Part shown: piece by piece, positions 1 to 8,803 of the stretch
Layout: each line of letters opens with the position of its first letter
How positions within the stretch are numbered: position 1 is the first letter of the stretch
NCBI GenBank assembly: GCA_913053885.1
Contig: CAJXGE010000002.1
Coordinates: forward strand, 32,298-96,297
Origin: an uncultured Acidimicrobiaceae bacterium
Lineage (GTDB): Bacteria > Actinomycetota > Acidimicrobiia > Acidimicrobiales > MedAcidi-G1
Length of the DNA: 64,000 nt
Direction: 5' to 3'
Translations under genes and position numbers: made by a program
Notes under the pieces: model-generated
The model's database searches: none
Told to the model about the DNA's origin: nothing
What the model saw: the letters and a program-made list of their open reading frames with translations, nothing else

Positions 1-468
1 CTTGCTTTTGCTGCCGCATACGATGAGTGGGTTCTTATTGAAGAAGCGATTTCTGGCCGGGAAATTGAACTAGCGGTTCTCGGTGACCGAGTGCCGCAAG
101 TTTCAGGTCCAGGAGAGATCCGTCCCGGAGCAGAATTTTATGATTATGCCGACAAGTATGAAGATGGAAGTGCTGAACTTATTGATGACCCGGAACTTGA
201 TCCTGAAACTGTAGTTGCTCTTCAAGAAACTGCTGCGAAAGCTTTTCTTGCTCTGCGGTGTTCAGGCATGGCGAGAGTAGATTTCTTTGTTTCTTCAAAT
301 AACGAAATAGTTCTTAACGAGGTGAACACCATTCCGGGTTTTACGCCAATTTCTATGTATCCAAGATTATGGGAAAAATCTGGTCTTTCTTATACTGGTC
401 TTATTGATCGTCTTGTGGATCTTGGCATCCAACGTCACCTGAGGAAGAGACGGAATACGGCTAGATAG
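1..468 (+). CDS. ddl: D-alanine--D-alanine ligase, C-terminal part (5' end outside window)
   Basis: Frame open from base 1 (LAFAAAYDEWVLIEEAISGREIELAVLG), then FYDYADKY, MARVDFF and LNEVNTIPGFTPISMYP motifs of Ddl. Confidence 0.93.
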   Translation, partial: LAFAAAYDEWVLIEEAISGREIELAVLGDRVPQVSGPGEIRPGAEFYDYADKYEDGSAELIDDPELDPETVVALQETAAKAFLALRCSGMARVDFFVSSNNEIVLNEVNTIPGFTPISMYPRLWEKSGLSYTGLIDRLVDLGIQRHLRKRRNTAR

Positions 469-1072
469 TTTGCTTCTCGAGCGGTGTCAAAGATGTTCGT
501 AAGAAACTAAGTAGTTCTTGACGTCTTTGAGCTGCTGGGCGTAGCACTCGTTCAACGCCTGCAGTTCGCAATATTTCGATCTCTGTTGCTAAACCTACAA
601 CTGTTGAATAAGCGCTGAGCAATACGAGTTGAGCATCGGTTCTTCTCATCCGTCCTGATTCCATCTCTTCTTCCATCCAAGCAATTGCTCTACTCATTAG
701 AGGTGACATTTGAGTTTTTAATCTTGGTGCTGCTGGTGATCCGGGGCGACTAACTTCTCGTAAGAGGCCAAGTAAAAGGGGTTGCTCTAGTGCAACACGA
801 AACACTGAGCGGACAAGGTCTTCTATGCGGTCTCGATTTGAATTAGTGGAAGCTAATACTTCTTCAAGCGATTCTGTAAGTTTCTTCACACTGTCATCTA
901 AAACTGCGTTCAATAATCCTCGTTTGGAAACAAAGTGATAAAGAATTGTTTGTTTCCGGATGTCAAGTGCTTCGGCAAGATCATCTAATGACGTTCCGTC
1001 ATACCCAATTATGCTGAAAGATTCTAAGGCTTTCGCCAGAATGCGTTCCTTTGTTTCACCTCTTGGAGCCAT
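461..1072 (-). CDS. TetR/AcrR family transcriptional regulator
   Basis: N-terminal HTH (GYDGTSLDDLAEALDIRKQTILYHF); ATG at 1072 lies 6 nt after a TAGGTT -10-like hexamer; divergent from the lipid operon. Confidence 0.9.
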   Translation of the reverse strand: MAPRGETKERILAKALESFSIIGYDGTSLDDLAEALDIRKQTILYHFVSKRGLLNAVLDDSVKKLTESLEEVLASTNSNRDRIEDLVRSVFRVALEQPLLLGLLREVSRPGSPAAPRLKTQMSPLMSRAIAWMEEEMESGRMRRTDAQLVLLSAYSTVVGLATEIEILRTAGVERVLRPAAQRRQELLSFLRTSLTPLEKQTI

Positions 1073-1095
1073 GTTCACAACCTAACCGATTTTTC

Positions 1096-1107
1096 TACCA
1101 TTTGGTA
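1096..1107. promoter_or_regulatory. Candidate TetR operator palindrome TACCA-TT-TGGTA
   Basis: Perfect 5-bp inverted repeat in the 63-nt gap between tetR and the lipid operon. Confidence 0.5.
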
Positions 1108-1135
1108 AGTCTTGAGTATTTCTGCTAGAAATGTA

Positions 1136-3481
1136 ATGATGATTTCTGATTCTCTCTCTGGACGTCGTATAGCGATCACTGGAAGTACTGGATTTCTAGG
1201 TACGGCTATCGTTGAGAAACTTTTACGCTCAGTTCCTGACTGCGAATTGGTGTTGATTGTACGACCCGGACGTCGCGGTGCTGACCATCGTGTGGCCAGA
1301 GAAATACTACGTAATGACGCCTTTGACCGACTCAAAGAAGATCTCGGTTCTGAAGCATTTGAAAAAATGGTTGAAGAAAGAATCACTTCCATAGGAGGTG
1401 ATGTCAGTGTGGACGGGTTGGGTTTAGACGAACAAGGACTTTCTGCACTTTCAACTTGTGACGTATTCATCCACTCCGCAGCATCTGTAAGTTTTGATTC
1501 CCCTCTTGATCAAGCAGTAGAAATTAACCTTCTCGGCCCTGTTCGTATCGCCAACACACTAAATGACCTGAAAATCACACCACACCTCGTTGCTGTTTCC
1601 ACCTGTTATGTCGCCGGAAGTCGCAGAGGGTCAGCTCCTGAAGAACCAATAAATGAAAGCCCTTTTTATGTAAACGTAAATTGGCAAAACGAAGTTGAAA
1701 CAGCACGTCGGATTCGAATGGACACAGAATCTGATAGTCGTACCCCCGAGAAATTAGCGGAATTTAGAAAAAAAGCTGAAGAAGAACTTGGTGCTGTAGG
1801 AACACCTGCGTTAGCTGAAAAAACGGAGCAACTCCGAACCCGTTGGGTTGATGATCGCATGGCCGAAGCTGGAGTTTCAAGGGCTTCTTCACTTGGTTTC
1901 CCAGATGCCTATGCCTACACAAAAGCTCTTGGTGAAGTAGCGCTCGCTGAGTCTGCAGGAGCCGTACCTATCAGTATCGTTCGTCCAGCAATAATTGAAG
2001 CCGCCGTTAATGAACCGAATCCTGGCTGGATCAGAGGTTTTCGAATGGCGGAACCAATTATCATCTCTTACGCCCGTGGGTTATTAGAAGAATTCCCTGG
2101 AATACCTGAAGGCGTCATTGACGTAATTCCAGTCGATCTTGTTGTCTCAGCTATTTGTGCTGTCGCTGCTCGAGGACCTATTGAGGGCTCCGACATAATT
2201 CAAGTTGCATCGGGAAGTTCAAATCCTCTTCGTTACGGCCGACTCGTTGACCTCGTGCGTGCTTGGTTCACTGAAAATCCAATTTACGATGAATACGGGC
2301 AACCAATATCAGTGCCAGAATGGTCATTTCCAGGTAGAGGTCGAGTGAAGAAGCAACTTGACCGCGCTAGCACAATGCTAAACAGAGCCGAAAAAGTTAT
2401 AGGAGCTCTTCCAGTGAGGGGGCGGCAAGCCGAATTAGGTGCCCGTCTAGCTGAGCGAAGTGAACAAATTGAACGGGCAGCAAGTTATGTAGATCTTTAT
2501 GGCGCTTATGCAGAGTGCGAAGCAGTTTATGAACTTGATCGCTTAATGGAGTTATGGGACTCCTTAGATACTAAAGACCAAGAAACTTTCTGCTTTGATC
2601 CGCGCGTTGTTGACTGGGACTCTCATATTCCAAACGTCTGGATGCCTTCGGTGGTAAAAGCAGGACGAGTTCCAATGAAACCTCCTTCTAAAACCGGAGA
2701 TAGCAGACCCGATCGCTTGCGGAAACAAATTCTTTCCCCGGATCGCCATTTAGCCGCGTTTGATTTAGAAAATACTTTGATTGCTTCAAACGTCGTCGCG
2801 TCATACGCATGGTTAGCCAGTCGACGGCTCTCACCACGCGATCGGTGGCGGTTTGTCACCAAGACACTGCTTGAGGCCCCGACTTTGCTAGCTCTTGACC
2901 GAAAAGATCGAAGCGACTTTCTTAGATACTTTTACAGACGCTACGAAGGTGCCCCTATTGAGCAGATCGCTGAAGATAGTTCGGAGAAATTTAGTGAGCT
3001 GATTTTGACTAAATCTTTCCCTGCAGCAATTCGTCGAGTCCGTGAACACAAAGCTTTAGGTCATCGAACGGTCTTGATCACTGGTGCTTTAGATTTCATT
3101 GTGGAACCTCTAAAACCTTTATTTGACGACATTGTCTGCGCCGAACTTGGTCAAAGTAACGGTATGTACACCGGTGAAATGACTGCCGTTCCCCCTACAG
3201 GAGAAGCCCGTTACCAAGCCTTGTACGACTATGCCGTAGCCCACGGACTAGACCTTCGAGAATCAATTGCTTATGCCGATTCTGCCAGCGATCTTCCAAT
3301 GCTTGAAGCTGTTGGATTTCCTGTTGCAGTCAACCCTGAAACTCGACTAGCTGCAATCGCGAGGAAACGTGGTTGGCTTGTCGAAGATTTCCAGAAATCC
3401 CCAGGCACCACTCGGCGTCTTCTACCGCTCGCTCCCCCGCATAGTTTGAGCAGCCACCAAAAACTGGGGGCTAAATCGTGA
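1136..3481 (+). CDS. Fatty acyl-CoA reductase (extended SDR / male-sterility type) fused to a C-terminal HAD-IB family phosphatase
   Basis: ITGSTGFLG Rossmann motif, HSAASVSFD, YAYTK catalytic YxxxK, SIVRPAII; C-terminal AFDLENTL, LITGA and AYADSASDLPMLEAVGFPVAVNP HAD motifs. Confidence 0.88.
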   Translation: MMISDSLSGRRIAITGSTGFLGTAIVEKLLRSVPDCELVLIVRPGRRGADHRVAREILRNDAFDRLKEDLGSEAFEKMVEERITSIGGDVSVDGLGLDEQGLSALSTCDVFIHSAASVSFDSPLDQAVEINLLGPVRIANTLNDLKITPHLVAVSTCYVAGSRRGSAPEEPINESPFYVNVNWQNEVETARRIRMDTESDSRTPEKLAEFRKKAEEELGAVGTPALAEKTEQLRTRWVDDRMAEAGVSRASSLGFPDAYAYTKALGEVALAESAGAVPISIVRPAIIEAAVNEPNPGWIRGFRMAEPIIISYARGLLEEFPGIPEGVIDVIPVDLVVSAICAVAARGPIEGSDIIQVASGSSNPLRYGRLVDLVRAWFTENPIYDEYGQPISVPEWSFPGRGRVKKQLDRASTMLNRAEKVIGALPVRGRQAELGARLAERSEQIERAASYVDLYGAYAECEAVYELDRLMELWDSLDTKDQETFCFDPRVVDWDSHIPNVWMPSVVKAGRVPMKPPSKTGDSRPDRLRKQILSPDRHLAAFDLENTLIASNVVASYAWLASRRLSPRDRWRFVTKTLLEAPTLLALDRKDRSDFLRYFYRRYEGAPIEQIAEDSSEKFSELILTKSFPAAIRRVREHKALGHRTVLITGALDFIVEPLKPLFDDIVCAELGQSNGMYTGEMTAVPPTGEARYQALYDYAVAHGLDLRESIAYADSASDLPMLEAVGFPVAVNPETRLAAIARKRGWLVEDFQKSPGTTRRLLPLAPPHSLSSHQKLGAKS

Positions 3482-4689
3482 AAGCTCTTGAATTCAGACG
3501 CAATATTCCACGCTATGCAGCTGCAAAGTTAGCTGGTTCGTTCACCCCGGGTCGCGGGAGCGGTGTTGGTCCAATGCGGCTTGTTGATGCTGATCTTCCA
3601 GAACTACCTAATCAAGACTGGGAAATAGTTAAACCGCGGTTATCTGGTATTTGTGGATCAGACCTAGCAACTATTGACGGAAAGTCTGCTAGATATTTTG
3701 AGCCCTTGGTTTCTTTTCCTTTCACCCCGGGTCACGAAGTAGTCGGCGACCTTCAAGATGGAACAAGAGTTGTCTTAGAACCAGTTCTCGGTTGTATAAG
3801 TAGGAATATCAATCCGCCCTGTACATCTTGCGCGAGCGGACAAATAGGTAATTGTGAACACACAAATTTTGGTGAGATCAGCCCAGGTATCCAAACCGGG
3901 TCTTGTCATGACACCGGTGGCGGATGGGCCGTAGCTTTTGCTGCACATAAAAGCCAGCTTCATCCTGTCAAAAAAGATTTAAGTGATGAAGCTGCAGTGA
4001 TGATTGAACCAACTGCGTGCGGTGTTCATGCCGCTCTAAATACAGGTGTTACTCCAGAAGGAACGGTAACCGTTATTGGATCGGGAACTCTCGGACTAGT
4101 GACCATAAGCGCCCTGCGTTCCCATTTCCCAGAAATCACAATTCTTGCTACAGCAAGATACCCACACCAGAAAAGCCTCGCCGCTGATTTGGGAGCTGAT
4201 TTCGTTATTGCTCCCGATGAACTCAAACGTGCGGTACGGCGCATGACTAAAAGCAAAGCGATCAGTTTAAGTAGCGAAGATGGGAGTGTTGATCGGCTTA
4301 CCGGAGGCTCAGATGTCGTGGTTGACTGTGTTGGGTCTTCCGAGAGTATTACCGATGCCCTTTCAGTGACTCGTCCTCGTGGAAAAGTCGTACTTGTTGG
4401 TATGCCCTCATCAGTTAATCTTGAGTTAACCCCTCTTTGGCATCGAGAAATACAACTGGTAGGCGCCTATACCTATGGAGTAGAAACTCTGACAGATGGG
4501 AGCACTACTCGCACTTTTGATCTTGCCGCTGATTTGGTTGAATCAGCAAAACTTGACCGACTGGTCACCGCTGTCTACCCACTCAACCGATACCAAGACG
4601 CTCTTGAACATGCTGCGGCGGCTGGACCCCGCGGCGCAGTAAAAGTAGCTTTTGACCTTCGCTCTGAAAAGGAACGTGATTTGTTGTGA
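3478..4689 (+). CDS. Zinc-binding medium-chain alcohol dehydrogenase (MDR family)
   Basis: GICGSD, GHE, four-Cys structural Zn loop, GSGTLG; GTGA overlap with the upstream gene. Confidence 0.9.
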   Translation: MKALEFRRNIPRYAAAKLAGSFTPGRGSGVGPMRLVDADLPELPNQDWEIVKPRLSGICGSDLATIDGKSARYFEPLVSFPFTPGHEVVGDLQDGTRVVLEPVLGCISRNINPPCTSCASGQIGNCEHTNFGEISPGIQTGSCHDTGGGWAVAFAAHKSQLHPVKKDLSDEAAVMIEPTACGVHAALNTGVTPEGTVTVIGSGTLGLVTISALRSHFPEITILATARYPHQKSLAADLGADFVIAPDELKRAVRRMTKSKAISLSSEDGSVDRLTGGSDVVVDCVGSSESITDALSVTRPRGKVVLVGMPSSVNLELTPLWHREIQLVGAYTYGVETLTDGSTTRTFDLAADLVESAKLDRLVTAVYPLNRYQDALEHAAAAGPRGAVKVAFDLRSEKERDLL

Positions 4690-6302
4690 AAAATGAAAAG
4701 CATCTTGCCCCCCGCCCTGGATTTGTACTTGATGTTGATCGCACAAGTCCACCTGTTCTTTTTCACCACGGAGACACATTCAAATTAGAGAAGCTCCCTG
4801 CAGGTCGTTCTCGAGTGATTTACCCACCTGAACCACTTGCAGGACTTAAAGATCCAGATGGGGCTATTCGTCACGCTTTAGAAAATCCAATAGGTGATTC
4901 AGAACCTCTATCCGCTCTCCTGCGTCCTGATATGAAACTAACGATCGCCTTTGATGATATTTCACTTCCCTTGCCTCCAATGAGGCGACCTGATATTCGC
5001 CAAAGAATCATTGAATCTGTACTTGATTTAGCTGCAGAGGCGGGAGTTGATGATGTTCATTTAATTGCCGCCCTTGCAATCCATCGGCGCATGACTGAAG
5101 ACGAGCTACGTCATGCTGTCGGAGATCGGGTTTACGATGCATTCGCCCCTTCTGGCCGCCTTTACAATCACGATGCTGAAGATCCTGAAGGAATGGTTGT
5201 CCTCGGTGAAACTCCTCATGGTGAAGATGTGCAATTCAGTAAACGCGCGGCGGAAAGCGACCTTGTTGTTTACGTAAACATAAACCTTGTTTCTATGGAT
5301 GGTGGTCACAAAAGCACCGCAACTGGCTTATCTGGTTACACCGGATTGCGCCATCATCACAATGTTCACACCATGAGAAATTCCACTTCTTTCATGGATC
5401 AAGAGAACTCCGAATTACATGCTTCTAACTGGAGAATGGGGAAAGTCATTCGCGATGCCGGAGTGAAGATTTTCCAGATTGAAACGACAGTGAATAACAA
5501 CACCTTCGGGCGTTCTGGGCCTTTAGCGGTACTTCAGAAAAGAGAATGGGAATGGTCTGCTCGAGATAGAACTTCATTTATAGCAATGCAAAAAGGTCTT
5601 GATTTAATGCCCTCTTCTGCCCGTCAACAGATATTTAATGCTTGGGAAGCCCCTTATGAAATGACATCTGTTCAAGCAGGAGAAGTAGAAGCCGTTCATA
5701 AAGTAACCACAGAAAATGTTTATCAACAACAACTCGTGGATGTAGAGGGTCAAACTGACATTCTCACGATGGGTCTTCCCTACATCTGTCCCTACAACGT
5801 GAATTCTGTTATGAATCCAATCTTGGTCATGTGTTTAGGTTTGGGTTACTTCTTTAATATGTATAAAGGGAAACCACTTGTCCGTGAGGGTGGGGTTGTA
5901 ATCATGAGTCACCCAACTCCTTGGGAATTCCATTCTGTTCATCACCCTAGTTATATAGATTTCTTCGAACAGGTTCTCGCTGATACTACTGACCCAATCG
6001 AGATAGAGAGAAAATACGAAAAGCAGTTTGCGGAAGATGAATGGTACATACATCTTTATCGAAACTCTTACGCTTACCATGGTGTCCACCCCTTCTATAT
6101 GTGGTATTGGGGCAGTCACGCGCTAGAGCACCTCGGAAGAGTGATCATTGTTGGTGGCGAAACTGCGGCTGTCCGAAGACTCGGATTTCAATCAGCTTCA
6201 ACTCTGTCTGACGCCTTAGAAATGGCATCTGATGTAGTCGGCCCGCAACCAACAATTACCCATATGAAGAATCCACCTATTTTCCTTGCGGACGTGAAGT
6301 AA
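4686..6302 (+). CDS. Lactate-racemase (LarA / DUF2088) domain protein, divergent
   Basis: IRHALENPIG, LTIAFDDISLP, ALAIHRRMT, YNHDAED and GGHKS...HHH resemble the LarA N-terminal domain; GTGA overlap. Confidence 0.78.
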   Translation: MKNEKHLAPRPGFVLDVDRTSPPVLFHHGDTFKLEKLPAGRSRVIYPPEPLAGLKDPDGAIRHALENPIGDSEPLSALLRPDMKLTIAFDDISLPLPPMRRPDIRQRIIESVLDLAAEAGVDDVHLIAALAIHRRMTEDELRHAVGDRVYDAFAPSGRLYNHDAEDPEGMVVLGETPHGEDVQFSKRAAESDLVVYVNINLVSMDGGHKSTATGLSGYTGLRHHHNVHTMRNSTSFMDQENSELHASNWRMGKVIRDAGVKIFQIETTVNNNTFGRSGPLAVLQKREWEWSARDRTSFIAMQKGLDLMPSSARQQIFNAWEAPYEMTSVQAGEVEAVHKVTTENVYQQQLVDVEGQTDILTMGLPYICPYNVNSVMNPILVMCLGLGYFFNMYKGKPLVREGGVVIMSHPTPWEFHSVHHPSYIDFFEQVLADTTDPIEIERKYEKQFAEDEWYIHLYRNSYAYHGVHPFYMWYWGSHALEHLGRVIIVGGETAAVRRLGFQSASTLSDALEMASDVVGPQPTITHMKNPPIFLADVK

Positions 6303-7226
6303 TTGAGCGCTTTAAGCACCTCCCTTAGTAAAGCCAAAGGTCTGATAAGTAGATCTGGCTTTCCCTATCGCTCTGCACCCACTCCTTACGGTGTTGAACC
6401 TCCACCACCTAAGAAAACTACTGGTAGTGATTTTGATACTGATTGGGCGAGAAAGTATCCAGCACGATTAACAAGAGCGATGCTAATTGAGGGTTTCATG
6501 CGGCCAGCGATGAAAGCTATTGCTGATCCTCAGATATCTGGTATTGATCGATTGAGTGGGCTTGACGGCCCGGTAATTTTTGCTGCAAACCATCACAGTC
6601 ATGCTGATACTCCTCTGTTGCTGTCAACTATTCCTGATCCTTGGCGTCATCATGTTGTTGTTGGAGCTGCTGCCGATTATTTTTTTGGCACACGAGCCGG
6701 GGGCACTATTTCAGCCTTAACCCTGAATGCTGTTCCTATAGAACGAACCAAAGTTGGTCGGCGTTCCGCTGAGATGGTTCGTGATCTCATTAACGAAGGA
6801 TGGAGTTTAATTATCTTCCCTGAAGGAGGGCGAAGCCCTGATGGTTGGGGGCAACCTTTTAGAGGTGGAGCTGCGTATCTTGCTATCCGTTGCGGAGTTC
6901 CGGTAGTCCCTATTCATATTTTTGGAACAGGAAAGATTCTAAGGAAGGGGAAAACTCTTCCCCGTCCCTCCTCTACTCAAGTCACTTTTGGTGACCCTTT
7001 GCTTCCCGCAGAAGGAGAGAACGCTAAAAAGTTTGCGGTGAAACTAGAAGCGGCTGTTGCTGCTTTAGCTGACGAAGCTGCTACTGACTGGTGGCAGGCT
7101 CGTCGCCGCTCATATAGTGCTAGCTCTCCAGACTTGACCGGACCTGATGCCGGTGGCTGGCGTCGGATTTGGGCGCTTGGGAAAACCGACCGTAAATCTC
7201 AACGTAGACGCTGGCCTGATTTTTAG
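6303..7226 (+). CDS. PlsC-like lysophospholipid / glycerol-phosphate acyltransferase
   Basis: NHHSHAD (HX4D), AAADYFF, IFPEGGRS, VPVVP motifs; starts right after the upstream stop. Confidence 0.9.
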   Translation: MSALSTSLSKAKGLISRSGFPYRSAPTPYGVEPPPPKKTTGSDFDTDWARKYPARLTRAMLIEGFMRPAMKAIADPQISGIDRLSGLDGPVIFAANHHSHADTPLLLSTIPDPWRHHVVVGAAADYFFGTRAGGTISALTLNAVPIERTKVGRRSAEMVRDLINEGWSLIIFPEGGRSPDGWGQPFRGGAAYLAIRCGVPVVPIHIFGTGKILRKGKTLPRPSSTQVTFGDPLLPAEGENAKKFAVKLEAAVAALADEAATDWWQARRRSYSASSPDLTGPDAGGWRRIWALGKTDRKSQRRRWPDF

Positions 7227-7230
7227 ATCT

Positions 7231-8784
7231 TTATTTATTCTGATCTTGGGTGATTAGTGCTTGTGCTGTTGCTAATCGAGCAACAGGTATCCGAAATGGA
7301 GAGCAGGAAACATAGTCGACTCCCGCTTCCACTAAAAGGTTTATTGATGAAGGATCCCCGCCATGCTCTCCGCAAACCCCGACTTCAATACCAGGCTGAG
7401 AAATCCGAGCTGCACGTGTTGCTGCAGCGATCAACGGAGCAATTGTTCCTGAGTCAAGAATTTCAAATGGGTTATCTTCTAAAACTCCCATCTTTATATA
7501 TTGCTCCATGACTTCTTTTTCAATGTCGTCTCGGCTGAATCCAAAAACCATTTGAGTCAAATCATTTGTTCCAAAAGAAAAGAAGTCTGCTTCTTTCGCT
7601 ATTTCTGATGAGGATAAAGCTGCTCGTGGCGTTTCGATCATTGTTCCGATCTGCGGCGTTTCCGACAAGTTACGAACTTTCGCTATCTTTGTTATTTCCT
7701 CTTGAATCCAGTCTCGAATGATTTGTAATTCTTTTCGATCTACAACTAATGGAATCATGATAGAGACGTTAGGTTTTCCGCCTTCTGTTGTTACGTCTGA
7801 AATAGCTTCAACGATTGCTCTCGCCTGCATTCGGTAGAGATCTTGGCGTAGCAGGGCTAAGCGAACGCCTCTTGTGCCAAGCATTGGATTGTGTTCTTCT
7901 TTAGATGCAGCGTCCCCTAAAAACTCGTGAAGAGGAGCGTCTAGAAGGCGCACGGTAACTGGTGAGTCGCCTGCGACGCGAAATAGTTTCACGAAATCTG
8001 ATCTTTGTGTTGATTCAAGTTCTTTTAAGACATGTTCTGGCGGGTTTTCTTGTGCGTTGAGAAACTCTTGTATGAGTGGTAATTGCTCACCTAGAAACAT
8101 GTGTTCCGTGCGACAAAGTCCAACTCCTTCAGCTCCGAATACTAAAGCCGTGAGCAAATCTTCTTCTGTGTCAGCATTGGTGAGAACGCCGATTCGTTCT
8201 CCACGAATTTCGTCGGCCCACTCTAAAAGTTTTTCAATTTCTGGTATTTGTTCTGAATCTTCTACTTGGTTGGATCCGAGAAAAATTTCACCGGTTGCTC
8301 CATCCAAAGAAATAGGTTCACCTTCTTTTATTTCTATCTCTCCAAAAAGGGCGCTCTTTTCCTTGATTTGAAGCGAAGGAACACCAACCACTGCAGGAAT
8401 TCCCCATCCACGCGCGATTACTGCTGCATGAGAAGAAATTCCTCCTCTAGCGGTGACAATGCCTGCGGCCAATCGCATCCCAATTTCATCTGCTGGCGTC
8501 GTCTCTGAAGACACGAGAATTGTTTCTTCTCCGTCTTCATCTAGTGATAAAACCATGTCAGCAGATAAGCAAAGAAGACCAGATGCGGCTCCAGGACTAG
8601 CAGGAGTTCCCGAAGCGATAACTTGGTGATCCTCAGATATTGATTCAAAACTAGAGTGGCTGAGCTGTTGCACCAATTTAGGATCAACTGCTGCTACAGC
8701 CTCCCATCGTGCTTCTATAGTCCCAATTTCTTCAGTGTCTCTAATTAATTTCTGAAGATCCTCAAGAGTTTTTACTTCGCTCAT
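7231..8784 (-). CDS. Pyruvate,phosphate dikinase-like PEP-utilising protein lacking the N-terminal ATP-grasp domain
   Basis: ASPGAASG, GGISSHAAVIARG (phospho-His), GLCRTEHMF, EHNPMLGTRG, FSFGTNDLTQ, CGEHGGDP, YVSCSPFR; only 517 aa. Confidence 0.85.
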   Translation of the reverse strand: MSEVKTLEDLQKLIRDTEEIGTIEARWEAVAAVDPKLVQQLSHSSFESISEDHQVIASGTPASPGAASGLLCLSADMVLSLDEDGEETILVSSETTPADEIGMRLAAGIVTARGGISSHAAVIARGWGIPAVVGVPSLQIKEKSALFGEIEIKEGEPISLDGATGEIFLGSNQVEDSEQIPEIEKLLEWADEIRGERIGVLTNADTEEDLLTALVFGAEGVGLCRTEHMFLGEQLPLIQEFLNAQENPPEHVLKELESTQRSDFVKLFRVAGDSPVTVRLLDAPLHEFLGDAASKEEHNPMLGTRGVRLALLRQDLYRMQARAIVEAISDVTTEGGKPNVSIMIPLVVDRKELQIIRDWIQEEITKIAKVRNLSETPQIGTMIETPRAALSSSEIAKEADFFSFGTNDLTQMVFGFSRDDIEKEVMEQYIKMGVLEDNPFEILDSGTIAPLIAAATRAARISQPGIEVGVCGEHGGDPSSINLLVEAGVDYVSCSPFRIPVARLATAQALITQDQNK

Positions 8785-8803
8785 TGTTCATCAACTTCAA
8801 GAT

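Noticed and set aside
7231-8784. ppdK pseudogene
   Set aside because: Uninterrupted ORF with all His-domain and PEP-domain motifs intact and no remnant of the 5' domain; kept as a finding instead
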